A program made the translations under genes and the position numbers. The notes under the pieces are model-generated. The model had not been told where the DNA came from and did not search any database. It saw only the letters and a list, made by a program, of their open reading frames with translations. A stretch of 64,000 nt of DNA. It comes from Pecten maximus. Its lineage: Eukaryota. The stretch covers positions 30,132,001 to 30,196,000 of the forward strand of contig NC_047021.1 in assembly GCF_902652985.1 (NCBI RefSeq), given 5' to 3'. This document shows, one piece after another, positions 62,310 through 64,000 of this stretch (position 1 is its first letter; each line of letters begins with the position of its first letter).

Positions 62310-62882
62310 TAGTATAATAGTATATCAAGATGTAGTTTCCGTCTCAACAAGCTTTATACTAGATACTTATTTAATAGCCTTCCCAACAATCTACTTGTTA
62401 GGCTGAATGTGGTAATCAAGAAAATTCAAAGTCTAAAGACAACACTTCTAACACTTGTGAGGATCCCTTATGTGTAGTTTTGCTATATATATATATTAGT
62501 GCTGTTATTATAATATATAAGCCTGGCATTACATTTGAAAGAAATATTCTTCTAAATTCTATAAAAATCTCCTATGTTTTTCCTATTGATTTTTGCCTAT
62601 TTGATTTTCTTTATCTTTACTACAAAAGTTCCACTGAAAAGGTGTTAGTCATTAAAATCTTCAAAAACAAGGAACAATTGGTGAAATGCTGCAAAAGATT
62701 TGTGATAGAACACATTTTCTTGTGTAAGATGTGACAAACTCCCCACTATAATTACTGCAAGTGAAACAAACATCAACCGTGCCTAATCAATTAAGATGAT
62801 GAACATGTTATGATAGGGTTAAAACGCCCATGTTATACATGTCAGTGGGGTAAAAACAGCATGTTAGGAACAACCTTTTTAC

Positions 62883-62921
62883 CTGGTGGCTTTTTGCCAT
62901 CATTTTTGTTTGGTTGGACTT
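62883..62921 (-). CDS. Candidate 39-nt phase 1-1 exon (VQPNKNDGKKPP)
   Basis: tttcatttatttaaaatacag|AAGTCC...CCACCAG|gtaaaa; in frame with exon 54004. Confidence 0.5.
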
Positions 62922-64000
62922 CTGTATTTTAAATAAATGAAATTATCATGTTTAACTAAAAAAAGAAAGACAATGGAAAGAAATGGAACATCAACTAATG
63001 CTTTAATGAACAACTTTCTTATGAAATACAAGAGGCCAAATGGACCTGAAATGTTCAGTTACTTCTCTGGGCTTCTTGGTTGCTCGGAATGTGTTAAAGA
63101 TTTAAGCATATTTGACCCCTGTAACCTTGAAAGTAGGCTCAGTGTCTCATATCAGGTTTCAAGACCTCTTGAATATTGAGAAAAAGTTATTCAAAGACAG
63201 ACTACAAATGGACGACGCACCACAGCATAATTTCACTTGCCCTTTAAGCATAAGAGCAACTATTAAGAAACGTAATATGCATCTGTGTGCTCTTTCTATT
63301 TTAAACCTTACCTGTGAAACCCTTAAAAATTGTCTTGGTGGTTTTTAAAAAATGGAAGTACATTTTGTATATCAAACTGTACAACACCTATGAAGGACTC
63401 CTAAAATCACAGCAGGTGGAGATGTAAATGTTTGATAGTATACAATATCATAATGAACAGAAGGATTATCTGGATATGAAATAACCATTACAGTACAAAA
63501 CACCTTTGTGAGCCAGATCTATAAACATCTAGCTCATTTGAAAAATTCTATTTCCTGTTAAGCCCTAATCCAAATGTAACATTAACATAATTATTGTGCA
63601 GTAATAAATTTAAATCTTGATCATATATCCTGTTAATATACATAATGTATGTAACACACTAAACCTAAAAGGATCATATTAAAGCATATGGGTTAAAGAC
63701 ACCGGCCTCAGGGTAACAACTTATTATTTCCTATAGAGATTTACTTCGATTTATTTTAATCTAATTCTTGCATTAAATTTTCCGATGTTGAGCTGTGACA
63801 TAACTTTTTGTAATGTATAAACCAGTTTATAGATAATTTAAATGAGTTAAGCTGTGAATTTCATTCAATTGGCATTTTTTGTAAATAAAAATGCCACGTA
63901 GAAACTTAACTTTAAATTCACTTTGCAGGGTATCAATGCTTAATGGCACTGATATCCATCATGGCATGAAAAACAAAGCTTACCTAAACAATGAATATCA

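Overview
This is AT-rich animal genomic DNA; the SINE/MITE content looks molluscan or bivalve-like, which is an inference. Almost the whole window is the 5' half of one multi-exon gene on the minus strand: a single-headed inner-arm axonemal dynein heavy chain of the DNAH3/7/12 group, best resembling DNAH3. I traced 37 GT-AG exons with consistent phase from 54004 down to 11214. They cover a low-complexity N-terminal extension, the tail, the linker, AAA1 ([15 protein letters not shown]) and AAA2 (GDPLGGKT). AAA3 onward lies beyond the left edge. Introns hold many tandem repeats, tRNA-derived SINEs and MITEs; all long ORFs in the track outside the dynein exons are repeat artefacts. Two patterns stand out. 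(1) An unusually long intron at the AAA2/AAA3 junction contains a series of candidate in-frame microexons (9, 60, 36, 12 and 24 nt) with clustered UGCAUG motifs, and the preceding intron has an 18-nt microexon, suggesting a combinatorially spliced insert in the motor ring. (2) Three intronic tandem arrays start at a real 5' splice site and repeat that donor many times. All microexon calls are sequence-only predictions and need RNA evidence.
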